A stretch of DNA of 64,000 nt from Rhizophagus irregularis (Eukaryota): assembly GCF_026210795.1 (NCBI RefSeq), contig NC_089434.1, positions 2,604,001-2,668,000 of the forward strand, given 5' to 3'. The notes under the pieces are model-generated. The model saw nothing but the letters and a program-made list of their open reading frames with translations, ran no database searches and had not been told where the DNA came from. This document shows, piece by piece, positions 37,831 through 50,547 of this stretch. Position 1 is the first letter of the stretch. Each line of letters starts with the position of its first letter. The position numbers and the translations under genes are program-made.

Positions 37831-38999
37831 ACATTTTAGCTATCAAATTTTATAATGCTTTAATAAAGTAAAGAGGAAAATTTTTAATTTATAATTTATT
37901 AAAAAATCAGTTTTACTTTACATGTATAAATTCTATAAATCATATGACCAGGTGATTTTCACCTGGGGTGAGCATTAAAATTACCCTAATCTTATAATTT
38001 TACATATATTAATATAGTAATTATTAAATATATTACTTAAATAAAATTAATTATAAATTATTAAAATAATTGATTTTTTTTAATAATTTAGACCATTTAA
38101 TATTTATTTATCACTTAATTTATAATAAAATATATTACTAATTTTTGTAAAATGTTTAATTTATTAAAAAATATAAAAATCACAAAAGTAATGCATAACT
38201 TTTTTCTGATAAATTGTGTTGTACTTGAAAAATTAACAAATCAATCTATATTACATTTTGGTAGTTTACATCATAAATAATTTATATTTAAAATTTTATT
38301 TTGATTGGCTTTAATTTGATGTCAATACATGTGATTAAAATTCATATTCAAAGGTGATGCGTTACTTTTGTAAGTTACTGTATATAATATTATAATATCA
38401 ATTATTATTATTAATTATTCATTATAATTATTATCAGTAATATCATTATTATTATATATATCTTTTGCAATTTCATTAGGATTATAATTATAATCTTCTG
38501 ATTCACTATTACTTTCTAATTTATTATCACTATCATTACTATTAGTATTTTGACTATTTTTACTTTCTCATTACTTAAATCTGTATCACTATTATCTTGT
38601 ATTAATATCAATATCTTTTGTAATAATTGGATTATTTAAATCAATAAAATTTTTCAACTGTAATGGATGCCATTCAATAATAACTTCAACATTATTATTT
38701 GACTTATCATTAATTATATTTGAATCTTCAAAATTGGAATCTTTATCTACTTCTTCAATTTCATTAAAATCTAATGAATGAATAATTTCTGTAATTTCTT
38801 CAGTAAAAATATTTTGTCTTTAATATACCAATTCCTAAACTCATGAATCATGTTAATTTAATCTTTGCAATTAAATATAACCAAATTTATTTGTACTAAT
38901 TTTGTCTATTTTGTAAACTTATAAATCATATTAATTTAATCTTTATATTTAAATATAATCAAATTTATTTATATACTAAAAAGTGAACAATTTTGTCTA

Positions 39000-39200
39000 C
39001 TTATTTGCAAATTTGTGATACTGTAAATTATTTGCAAATTATTTGTGATACTATAAATTATTTGCAGATTTGCAAATTATTTGTAATACTATAAATTATT
39101 TGCGGATTTGTGAATTATTTGTGAGTTTGCAAATTTGCAGATTATTTGTAATACTATAAATTATTTGCAGATTTGTGAATTATTTGTGGGTTTGTGGATT
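39000..39200. repeat. Degenerate tandem repeat (aaattatttgcagatttg-like)
   Basis: Repeated tataaattatttgcagatttg / aattatttgt motifs. Confidence 0.7.
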
Positions 39201-39954
39201 ATTAGATTACTAAGTGCAATTGATTTTTAAAACCCGCAATATTGCAGATTTTAGAAATTAATTGAGGACCCATTTTTACACTTTAGTCTTTTTGGTGAAT
39301 ATATATTTGATTTAGAGGACTTTATAAATTCTAATTATTTATCTTAGCCTTGCCTATATAAGAAAAAAGTTAGGTCTATCTGCGAAGAAAGATATTTTTA
39401 CAAGGATGGATATGTCAAATACTATAGATCTCCACCAGAAAAATGTGCATATTCTGCTGTAATAGGCTGACTTTTTCTACAATACATGTCAAACCCATTT
39501 ATAAGAAAAATTGATTAGAGAGTCGCAAAAAGAGTGAATAAGATTTGTAACTTTGGCCAAAGACGCTAAAGTAAAGGAATTTTGAATATCTATAATAAAA
39601 GTGAAAATAAGTTTTAAGATTACTAATATTAAATTATTTTATATAGCTCATTTTATCTGCCAATACATAAAAAATTAATTTAAAATGATCAGTCTAATTT
39701 GGCCTAAATTTAATATATTAAAAACTTAAATTAGATTTATTATAAAAACAAAATAATCAGCCAACTTAATTTTAGCCAGTTTAATTTCAGTCAAAATTAA
39801 AACGATTTTGGCCAGAATTATGAAATCTGAATTTAATAAAAAATCATATGCTAGTTCAGATCTAACTTAAATTCTGAATCCCATTTGCAGTCTTTAATGT
39901 AAAGATATTAACTTTAAAAGATATTATATACTGTATAAAATAATCTCAAAAAGT

Positions 39955-40584
39955 CAAATCAGAAAAAGCTACACTAACAATTGCTTCCCTTTTTTTAGAA
40001 ATGTTTATTACTGAATTTTATAAGGTTATTTGGCAACCACGTTGTGACATAGTTGCAGATTGGGAACGTACAAAAGGAATTAAAAAGCAAGATTTAAGGA
40101 AAAAAATATCAGCACAACAACGTATCGTATATGAAAGAATTCCAACCCAGCAAGTGGAAGATGGTACATATGACCTGAAGGGAAGAAAAAAATTTTCAAA
40201 CGTGGTGAACAGTGGTCAGTTGCTTTAGAAAAAACAAGACAATATATAAATCAATTTATTAAAAATGGAAATAGGGTAATTTGGAAGGCATATAACAATC
40301 TCAAATTATATAAATACAAATATAGTTCTTCTTTTTGTTTAGAGGGTAGTGAAAGCATTTACTAAAGCCATATGATGATGATGATCCTATATAATCTGAT
40401 AGCTACTATGGGAGGATATAGGTGAATTTCATAAGGTGATGGTAGGGCACGGGAGCAATCTTATGGACGGGGGACCGGTTTGGAGTTTTAAACAAATTAA
40501 TTATACATGTAACAGAACTTTCTGTCTTTTATATAATTAATAAACTCACAAATTGCACTACCTTGCAAAAAAAAAAAAAAAAAA
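39955..40584 (+). mobile_element. 5'-truncated LINE 3' fragment (different family from 1-6979) with poly(A) and TSD
   Basis: A-run 40567-40584; TSD (aaaa)taatctcaaaaagt on both sides; ORF end FYKVIWQPRCDIVADWE resembles the FRRRIWNPR..RWE LINE C-terminus. Confidence 0.82.
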
Positions 40585-41429
40585 TAATCTCAAAAAGTTA
40601 TTATATTTTATAATTAAATAATTTTTTTTTATATTTTAAAATTTTTTAATTTAAAATATAAAGTGTATAAAGGATTAGCTTTCAAATAAAAAAAATTTGA
40701 GTAATTTTATTAGAAACTTATATATTTTTATGCAATATGAAAATTACCAAGTATTTTTAAAGAAATCTGGCAAATTTATGTAATACTATATATTACTTAT
40801 TACATTTAAATAAATAAGCTGCTTAATAAGACATAAACATTAATCCTATAAAAAATTTTATGTAAATATAATATATTTATAGGAATAATAAAAATATAGA
40901 ATAAATTCTAATGTTAAATTTTACCAAAAAGAAAAAATAAAATAAAAAAATTATTATTAAATATTTTTCAAAAAAAACTTTAATTTATAATTTACCTAAG
41001 AATCTGAGTAAATTATTATATAAAAATTGGAAAAAATAATTAAAAGCATTAACTCATAATCCAGTGATTAATTTATAGTTTTCAATGTTCTTTTAAAAAT
41101 AAAAAAAAAGATATCAGATTAGTAGATTGTGAGATAATTGTCAAAAATTATTTTTTGAGGATTGAATTTCAAATCTGCTTTCTTTTGCAAAAGTAGTTTT
41201 TTGTAATTAGCTCATAATATACTGGTCCAATTTTAATATCTTTTTTTTTTATTTTAAAAAAGGTATTAAGAGTTATAAAATAGCTTAAGGATTCGTTAAA
41301 ATACAATTACTAGATTAGATGTATATTATGAAATCAGTCACGTGATAAACTTTGGATTTGGTAATTAACATTTCTTACCTAAAATAGAAATCAGCTGGTA
41401 ATGTGATTATCAATACCGTTTATTATAAT

Positions 41430-42314
41430 ATGATAAAATCTACAAATCTCTTTCTTCCTTTTACTGATAAAATGTTAATCAGTACCATGTCGATAACAAA
41501 AGGAGCGTTCGCAACGGTTTTAAAGAATTCAAATTTTCGAATATCTTCGGTATTATTATCCAATACATTAAAAAATTCAACTAACAAGCTTATTTCATCA
41601 AAAAGAAATAGCAACAACATATTAGCACACTTAAAAAATCAATATCAATACCAAGCATTTATTGACGCAAAGGATGCTACAAGACAACAATCGATACTAA
41701 GATTATCATCCTTAATGAATTATCATAATTCATTTCGTAATTCATTTTCTTCATTACAATCGCCAAAAAAAAATTCCACATTCAACACTAATTTCTTATA
41801 TTCTAAAAAGAATTCACAGTCGAGGAATAATTTAACATCTATTTCAAAAGATTCTTCCTCAAAAGTAACTTCTGTAGAAACTGATACAGTCGAGGGAAGA
41901 AGTATGACAGAAAAATTTAAAATATTGACAAAAAAATATGGAGTATCAGCTATAGTAGTATATTTAGTAATTTCAGCATTGGATTTAGGACTAACATTTA
42001 TTCTTATCCAAATTGGTGGAGCTGATCGTGTTAGAAAAGTTGAAGACTGGTTTACGGAAACTTTTGGTAGTTGGATCGTCTTACGAAAAGATCCTAACAC
42101 TAATACACCTAAAACTGACAATACTGAGAATGACACTGCTGTTAATGGTAATAAATCTAATAAAACGCCGTCGTGGGCTAGCACGTTAGTTATTGCTTAT
42201 GGTATACATAAACTATTAGTTCCTTTTAGATTAGGAGTAACCGCTGCTGTCACTCCTCCTATAGTTAAAAAATTAAAAAGAATGGGCTGGAATATTGGTG
42301 GTAAACATGTGTAA
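41430..42314 (+). CDS. DUF1279/FAM210-like (yeast Nat2-like) mitochondrial membrane protein, single exon; start codon uncertain
   Basis: Ser/Lys/Arg-rich N-terminus; KKYGVSAIVVYLVISALDLG and LVIAYGIHKLLVPFRLGVTAAVTP. Confidence 0.78.
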   Translation: MIKSTNLFLPFTDKMLISTMSITKGAFATVLKNSNFRISSVLLSNTLKNSTNKLISSKRNSNNILAHLKNQYQYQAFIDAKDATRQQSILRLSSLMNYHNSFRNSFSSLQSPKKNSTFNTNFLYSKKNSQSRNNLTSISKDSSSKVTSVETDTVEGRSMTEKFKILTKKYGVSAIVVYLVISALDLGLTFILIQIGGADRVRKVEDWFTETFGSWIVLRKDPNTNTPKTDNTENDTAVNGNKSNKTPSWASTLVIAYGIHKLLVPFRLGVTAAVTPPIVKKLKRMGWNIGGKHV

Positions 42315-42561
42315 AAATTTCAATATGAAGTTTGATAAGTAGATTTTTACTTTTAATGTAAAAATAAAATTTCGATAAATAAGTTAGAATAAAAAAAAAA
42401 CCAAAATTAGAATTAATTTAGCTTAGTTTCATGAATTCTTTAAATCAAATAAAATTGGCAAAGCCAAATCTTTTTCAGCTTAAATATATTTTTTTCTTCA
42501 TTGGTTCATCATCATCATAATATACTTGTTTAATAAGAACTCTATTATTTGTCTTGGTAAT

Positions 42562-44446
42562 TTACCCATTCATATCCATAAATCCTACCAAGAACTCATT
42601 CATATACTTCTTACTAGCAGGTAAGCAACTTGTACTTTTTCTTAGCAATAACAACAACTCTAAACAAATATCATCTTGATATATAAAATGTTCCACCGTA
42701 TTATCTTTTCTCCATTGTTCCAATAACCTACATAATGAAGAATTAAACGAAGAATTTATAATATTGAATAATGGTTATAAAAGAATCAAAATATACCTTA
42801 CGGACTTATCATCATCAGTATCTTGGTTTATAATCGTACAATCAATATACAATATCTTCATAACTATTTATAAGCGGATTTTTTGGATTTAATAAACCCT
42901 TTTTGATAAATATATTTTCAAAAGAGATTATGATAATTTACCATCACATATTTTCAAATTACTTTCAACAACGCTACAATCTTCTTCAATATTCCTTGAA
43001 AATATTTTGAAGGAATTACATTCTTCCAATACATTCGTCATAATTTTCGAGTCCCATCCAAACAACCAAATCTATATTTTTTGGTAATACCAAAAAAAAG
43101 TAACTTTTGAATTGTACAAAAAAAAAAAAATATTTAAACAATTAAAAAAAAAATTCCGTTACATACCAAAAGATAAGGTTGTTTAAGTTTTTTTCCTTTA
43201 ACTATAAATCTATAAGTTGCATGTACTTTTGTTGCTTCAAGAAAATCTATTGCTAAAAAAGCGGTAAATTTATATTTTTGTATAACTGACCTATAACAAA
43301 AAAAAAAAAAAAATTCTTAATTGAACATAACAAGATCCATTTTATTAAATGATGCTTACTCTTTTTTATCAGCATCGGCACCGCCCTCCATTTCAACTAA
43401 AGTCATATACTTATTAAGTTTAACAGCTAACAATTTTAATTCATCTTTTTCTTCCTCTTTAGATTTACAATATAGACCATCTCCAACAGAAGCGAAACAT
43501 CTTGAACAATTTATTGATATCCATTTCTTTGACATTCCTTTTGTCCACTATGTTTTTTTAAAAAGAATAAATATATGTGTATATTGTTAATACATAAATT
43601 ATAATTAGAGAATGTACACTCACGTAATAACATGTCAAAACAATTTTAGTCAAGAAGCATGCTGATTTGAAATATGAGTAAATATTTATTTTTGGACTCG
43701 TAGTATCGACCAAGTTATCATCATCTCACAATAATGGCCTTCTTTAAGTCCGTGTTAAACCGCAATTTATTAATTTTTTTGAGAAGGGAATAATAACTTA
43801 CATCAATTTCATGTAATTCTTCTTCATCGACTTTCAAAGAATCCTCTTCGATATTATTAGGATGCAATAAAAAATAGCTATTGGAAACCAATCCAATATT
43901 TTCTTGTGCGATAATATCACCAATTTTAGCGTGCTTATAATCTTCCTGGTGACACATCCAACAATCTACTAACTCAGCCCAATGTTCCGATGGCATGTCC
44001 AATATTTTCTTTAACGTATTCTTTTTAACTAAAAATTTTTTACAATAACTACATAATATATTTTTAAACGAAGATATATTTGTTGAATTAAAAGGGGCTT
44101 GGTAGGTTTCGCTTATGCTAATATCTTTTTTTGGTGGTCTTTTACGTACAAAGGTACGTAATTTTAATTTTATGTCTATGCCTTCATTAGAATTTGTTAT
44201 TATTGGTTGTTCTGAGGTTTCTACTGTTTGTATTAAAGGTATTTCAAGTTTTGATGTAGAAAAAGTTTTTGTTGATTTCGAAATTGTTTTAGTTGGTGAT
44301 TTTGATTCAAATATAAATTTTAATGGATATAACCCGAATTCATATAAAGTCTCTTCTTTACTTCTCGTTAAACCAACACTAACAGTCATAGACTTTACAT
44401 TTGGTAATATTTCGGCAAAGATTGGTAATTCATTTTTATTTTCCAT
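42562..44446 (-). CDS. HECT_2 family E2-binding protein (UBE3D/Ipa1-like), ~5 exons
   Basis: LCSYC, LDMPSEHWAELVDCWMCH, INCSRC; GT-AG introns; last exon ends STSCLPASKKYMNEFLVGFMDMNG*. Confidence 0.8.
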
Positions 44447-44580
44447 AATTATAAAAAAAAATAGAATAAATCTTTAATGAAATGATAATGATAATCTGAT
44501 ATACATAAGTGATAATCTAGATAATATTATAGATATAGCCCAACCTTTTTTCTCGCCCATTTTATAACATACCTTAAAAA

Positions 44581-46528
44581 ATGAATCGAATACAATTTTC
44601 ATATTATTCAAGTACAAAAAAATTTACGTCATGTTACAAAAAAATGTTTTCATCATTACAAAATTCAAAGAGTTTAAATTCATTTCAAGGTAAATTATTT
44701 TCTGTCGTGAAAAAAATTATATATATCTCTATTTCCGATCATAAGAATATAATTATGAACTATTTTCATCAGTTTTATCAACAGAAACTCCATCTAATCC
44801 ATATCCACATGTGACTCATAACGAAACATTTACAATAGAAGGTATATCATATAAACTAGATGATCAAACAAACGTTTCGCCTTCAATTTTATCAAAACTC
44901 TCTCGAAAACTTCATTTACAACCACATCACCCACTCTACATTTTACGAACACAAATCGAACAACACTTTCCACACTTTTCTTACTTTAATACATTTAATC
45001 CTATCGTAACAGTACAAAAAAATTTCGATGATTTGGGATTTCCAAAAGATCATCCTGGTAGAAGTAAAACTGATAGTTATTATATAAATAAACAAATCAT
45101 GTTAAGAACACATACTTCAGCTCATCAATTAGAAGTATTCAGTAAGATGAATACTAAGTTTTTGATTAGTGGTGATGTTTATAGAAGAGATGAAATTGAT
45201 TCTTCTCATTATCCTATTTTTCATCAAATGGAAGGTGCTCAAATATTTAATATACAAAATATAGAACAAGAAATATCTAAGGATAAAAAATATTTAATTT
45301 CATTGAATTCAAGAAAAATTCCTTTAAGAGATAATAGTGAAGTTAATGATGATACAATAATTTCCACAAACAATCCAATACAATCATGTCATCCAATTGA
45401 ACAAGTTAATTTTGCTATAAAACATTTAAAATTTTCTTTAAATTCTTTAATAAAAAAATTATTTATAAATCATGATGAAAATTTAAAAATTAGATGGATT
45501 GATGCATATTTTCCATTTACTTGTCCAAGTTGGGAAATGGAAATTTTTTTTAAAGGTAAATGGTTAGAAATTTGTGGTTGTGGTATAGTTGATCAAAATA
45601 TCTTAAATAAGGCTGGTAAGTGATACTTTGAGATTTCTTAAAAATTTTCTTCTTTATACTTATGGAATTATTAATTTTTTTTTTCTTTTGAAAATCTTTT
45701 TTTTTTTTTAAATACAACAAAAAGGTCAAAGTGATAAAATTGGATGGGCATTTGGATTAGGATTAGAACGTATAGCTATGGTATTATTTGACATACCAGA
45801 TATAAGATTATTTTGGTCACAAGATGAAAGATTTTTAGATCAATTTACTGATTTTAATGATAATAAAATTATAAAATTTCTCCCCTTTTCAAAATTTCCT
45901 CCCTGTATAAAAGACATTAGTTTTTGGTTAAATGATCAAAATTTTCATGAAAATAATTTTTGTGAAATTATAAGGAATAATGCTGAAGACTTGGTTGAAG
46001 ACGTTAAACTGGTGAGCCTTCCTTCAGACGAGAAAATTCTTTTTTTGAATTTAAAGAAATAACTTGACATCTTGTATTGTTATAGATTGATGATTTTGTA
46101 CATCCGAAAACAAAAAAAAGAAGTTTATGCTATAGAATTAATTACAGATCTATGGACAGGTAGAAAATTTTATGCATGATAAATAATTATACATATGTAT
46201 ATTTTTACACAGTGAAATTCGATATACCGGAACCTCGATATAACGGATCATAAGTAAAATCTTGGTATATCGGAATTGGGGCGTATAATTAATTTACCTC
46301 GATATAACGGAATTCTTGATGTAACGGATTTTTGACAAATTTTGTTAATGGAACGGATGGTTCTATTATATCGAATTTCACTGTGTATATATTCATATGT
46401 ATATACAAATATTTATTAATTCCTTAATTTCTTACTTTGTTAGAACTGTCACAAATGACGAAATTAACAAAATACAAGAACGAGTTAGAGAAGATATTGA
46501 AGAAAAGTTAAATGTTACTTTGCGATAA
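44581..46528 (+). CDS. MSF1: Mitochondrial phenylalanyl-tRNA synthetase; exons ~44581-44689, 44773-45615, 45725-46011, 46086-46159, 46444-46528
   Basis: [79 protein letters not shown]-terminal anticodon-binding domain. Confidence 0.95.
46208..46385. mobile_element. Tc1/mariner-pogo-type MITE in the last MSF1 intron
   Basis: TIR cacagtgaaattcgatata / tatatcgaatttcactgtg, TA on both flanks; internal ctcgatataacgga repeats. Confidence 0.85.
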
Positions 46529-46639
46529 CTATTCAAATTATTTATTTTGAGTTATTGCTACATATAATTGTAGTTAATTTGAACATTTCGATGATGTTTT
46601 TAAGTATTATTACTTTTAAAATATTATAGTTTAATATTA

Positions 46640-49600
46640 TTATAAAGATTTTTTTTCCGCTTTCTTTGCTAATGATGCTTGATCCACAGTAAATTTAATA
46701 GCATCAACAGCTGGTCTTGTACGTAAATAATACATGCCAGTTTTAAGACCCTTCTTCCACGCGTAACTGTATAGATAATATTAAATTATAAGTAAATGAT
46801 GAAAAATAATAATAAGAAAAAATAAATAAATAAATACTTACAAATGCATGGATGATATTTTAGCAACACTGGGTTCTGATAGAAAAACATTTAACGATTG
46901 TGATTGATCAATAAATGGTGCACGATCTGCCGCAAGATCAAGCAAAACTTTCTGTGGAATTTCCCAGATAGTTTTGTAAAGGTTTTTTAATTCATCATCC
47001 AACTCCTCAAGACCTTGGATGGAGCCGTTGGCAGCAATGATCTCATTTTTCATTTCCTCATCCCAAACACCTCTCTCTGTAAGATCTTTAAGCAAATGAT
47101 AATTCTAAATAAACAAGATATAATTAAATTTTTTATTCATGTTACTATAAAATTATTTGATTATAATACTTACGACTACTTGAAATTCCCCACTTAATAC
47201 ACGTCTTTGATAAATATTGCTTGTGTATGGTTCAAAGCATTCATTGTTTCCAAGAATCTGACTCGTAGATGCAGTGGGCATCGGTGCAATCAACAAAGAG
47301 TTTCTTACTCCATATTGACTGATCTTTTCTTTCAACTCTGCCCAGTCCCATCGATCTGAAGGTTGTACTCCTGTTCCCCACAATTCGTAATGAAGGATAC
47401 CTTTACTAATCGGGGAACCCTCATATGTAGGGTAAGGACCATCTTTAGCAGCAATTTCACATGATGATTCAAGAGATGCATGATATAAAGTTTCAAAAAT
47501 ATCTCGGTTAAGCTTACGCGCTTCATCAGATTCCCATGGATACCTAAGAAGTATCAATGCATCTGCAAGCCCTGTTTTATAAAAGAATCGAATATCGTTA
47601 TTACCATTGAATTTATCTAATAATAATGACTATTACTTAAAAATAAGTTATACTTTCCTTGTACTCCAAGGCCAACTCTGTTAGAATCAAAAAGAAAATT
47701 TTAATGGGAATTACTTTCAATAAAAAAAAATTCAATAATTATATACTTACGGTCTATGTCTCTTGTTACTTTTTTCAGCTTCTGGAACGGGATAATAATT
47801 TTCATCAATGACTTTATTTAAATTCTTTATAACAACTTTAGCAATTTCATGAAGCTTCAAGAAATCAAAAGTTTTCGATTTGGTATTAACAAATTTAGGT
47901 AATGAAATTGAAGCTAAATTACAAACGGCTACTTCATCGGGTGCAGTATATTCAACAATTTCAGTACATAAATTAGAGCATGTTATAGTACCAAGATTCT
48001 TTTGATTAGATTTTTCATTACAAGAATCTATAAATATTAATAAGTCTTTAATGTTAACAAATTTTGAAAAATATTTAAAACAAACAATTTTTAAGTTATA
48101 TGGTTACCTTTATATAACATATAAGGCATGCCAGTTTCAATTTGAGCATCAACTATGGCAACCCAAAGTTTCTGTGCTTTAATTGTTTTACGTGCTTTAC
48201 CGGATCTTTCATATTTAATATATAATTCTTCAAATGCTTGGCCATAGAGTTCGTAAAGACCAGGACATTCATGAGGACAGAACAAAGACCAATCATCATT
48301 CTTTTCAACCCCTTTAAATTATAAAATATTCTTGGAAATCATTTCATATAAGAAATGTAAAAGAAAAATTTATTTATATACTTTTCATAAAAAGATCCGG
48401 AATCCATAATCCAAGGAACAAATCACGTGCGCGAATTTCTTCTTTACCAGTATTTTTCCTCAAATCGAGAAATTCAAATATATCGGCGTGCCATGGTTCA
48501 ATGTATCTAATTTAACCGAACATGGTTTAAATTAAAACATTTGAATAATCAACTTGAACAATCAACTATTATATTTTACTTACACGGCAAAACTTCCGTT
48601 CCTTTTACCACCACCTTGATTTACAAAACGCGCAGTGTCATTGAAAACACGTAACATTGGGACAAGACCATTTGAAGTTCCTCCAGTACCAGCAATATAG
48701 GAACTGGCACACCGAATTTTTTGCATGCTAATACCAATACCACCAGCAGATTTGGAAATTAAGGCACACATTGTTAAGGTATCATATATTCCCTCGATAC
48801 TAAAGAAGTGAATACACGTAAAATAATTTTAAAATCGAATCCTTAGATAATTTTAAACATAAATATTTTAAATATTACCTATCATCTTTCATTTGCACTA
48901 AAAAGCAGCTTGACATTTGTGGTCTTGGTGTACCAGCATTAAACAAAGTTGGACTTGCATGAGTAAAATATTTCTCGGACATTAAATTATAAGTTTCAAT
49001 AGCTGCATCAATATCATAACCATGAATTCCAATAGAAACACGCATCAACATGTGTTGTGGTCTTTCAACAACTAAGCCTACAAAGTCACAAAAAAAAAGG
49101 TATTAGTACATTTCTGATAACAAAATTTTTTTAAAATTATTTCATTTATACCTTCAATTCTCATTAAATAACTTTTTTCCAAAGTTTTAAATCCGAAATA
49201 ATTATAACCATAATCTCTATCATAGATGATTGCTGAATTCAATTTATCAGCATTTTCCATAACAATATCATAAACTTTTTTAGAAATTAAAGGTGCATGG
49301 ACTTTACGAATTGGATTAACATGATTATAAAGATCTTGAATAACTGTGCTAAACTTAATATTTCAAGAAAAGGTTAGGGTTTAAGATTAGGATCCGTTTT
49401 TTTATGTGATTTAATAATCGTGAAAGATATTATTATTTATACTTGTTTTTTTGTTTCCTTGTGTAAATTAGAAATTGCAATTCTTGCCGCCAAAATAGCA
49501 TAATCAGGATGATTACAAGTTAGATATGCAGCAGTTTCAGCCGCTAAATTATCAAGTTCCACAGTGGTGACACCCTGATACATACCACTGACAACCTATC

Positions 49601-49895
49601 ATTAACATAAAAAAAAAACGCGAAATATTTTTAGATCAAGATACGTAAATTTGGAGAGAATTAACACACCTTCTGAGATATTTTCGCGGGATCAACAAAC
49701 TCCATATTTAAACCATAACATAGTTTAGAAATTCTGGAAGTTATCTTATCAAAATAAACTGTTTCTTTTCTTCCGCCTTATTATAATAAATTTATGAATA
49801 AATAATTATTCAACAATAAGCAAAAACCAGTAGAAAAATATTAACATGAAGTTTTCGTTTGTTCTTTTTTACACACCTCTCTTTATGACAAACAT
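46640..49895 (-). CDS. RNR1: Ribonucleoside-diphosphate reductase large subunit (class Ia R1), many short introns
   Basis: [17 protein letters not shown]-cone, [54 protein letters not shown]; ends [20 protein letters not shown]. Confidence 0.96.
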
Positions 49896-50547
49896 ATTTT
49901 CTTTGATTTAAAAAATTAAAATTTTTAATACTACTTTCGGTATAGATTTTTATTATATTACGAAAATAAATACTATAGATATTTCTTTTCGTTAAAAAAG
50001 AAAAGGAAACAAAAAAGAATTATTTATAACAAAGGACAAAAAAAACTAATGAAAATTTAACGTAACACGACAATCAAATTTCCCTCGTTGTTACATATCT
50101 GATATGGAAAAAAGTCATTTCCTATTGCTATAAACGAATGAAAAAAATACGATATTTTTCCTGCTCATAACCTTCCTCAATAAGTAAGCAATAATTTGAA
50201 CGTTAGTCATTATAATCGGATCAGAGACCTGTCGCGATTGTCCAGATTGTCCAATAGACATGGTGAGATTATATTAACGTGAAAGTCAGTTAACGCTATC
50301 ACGTGCAAATGTATAACTCCTAAATTCTGGTAGGATCATTAGGATGTATACACCCCCCCATATTACATGAGTTGAAAATTTAGATGCGTCATATCATTAA
50401 TTACCATAAATTATAAATAAATCAAATGTTATTAATGATATATATACAAAAAATAATATAAATACATATGAATAAATATAATAAATAATACTATATTTGT
50501 CTAATCCAATCTAAAATTTTATAATCGTTCTTTTTTTCTTTTTTTTT

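Noticed and set aside
41423..44477. ORFs 41423-41620, 41723-42184, 43321-43590 and 44115-44477
   Set aside because: Antisense to well-supported genes
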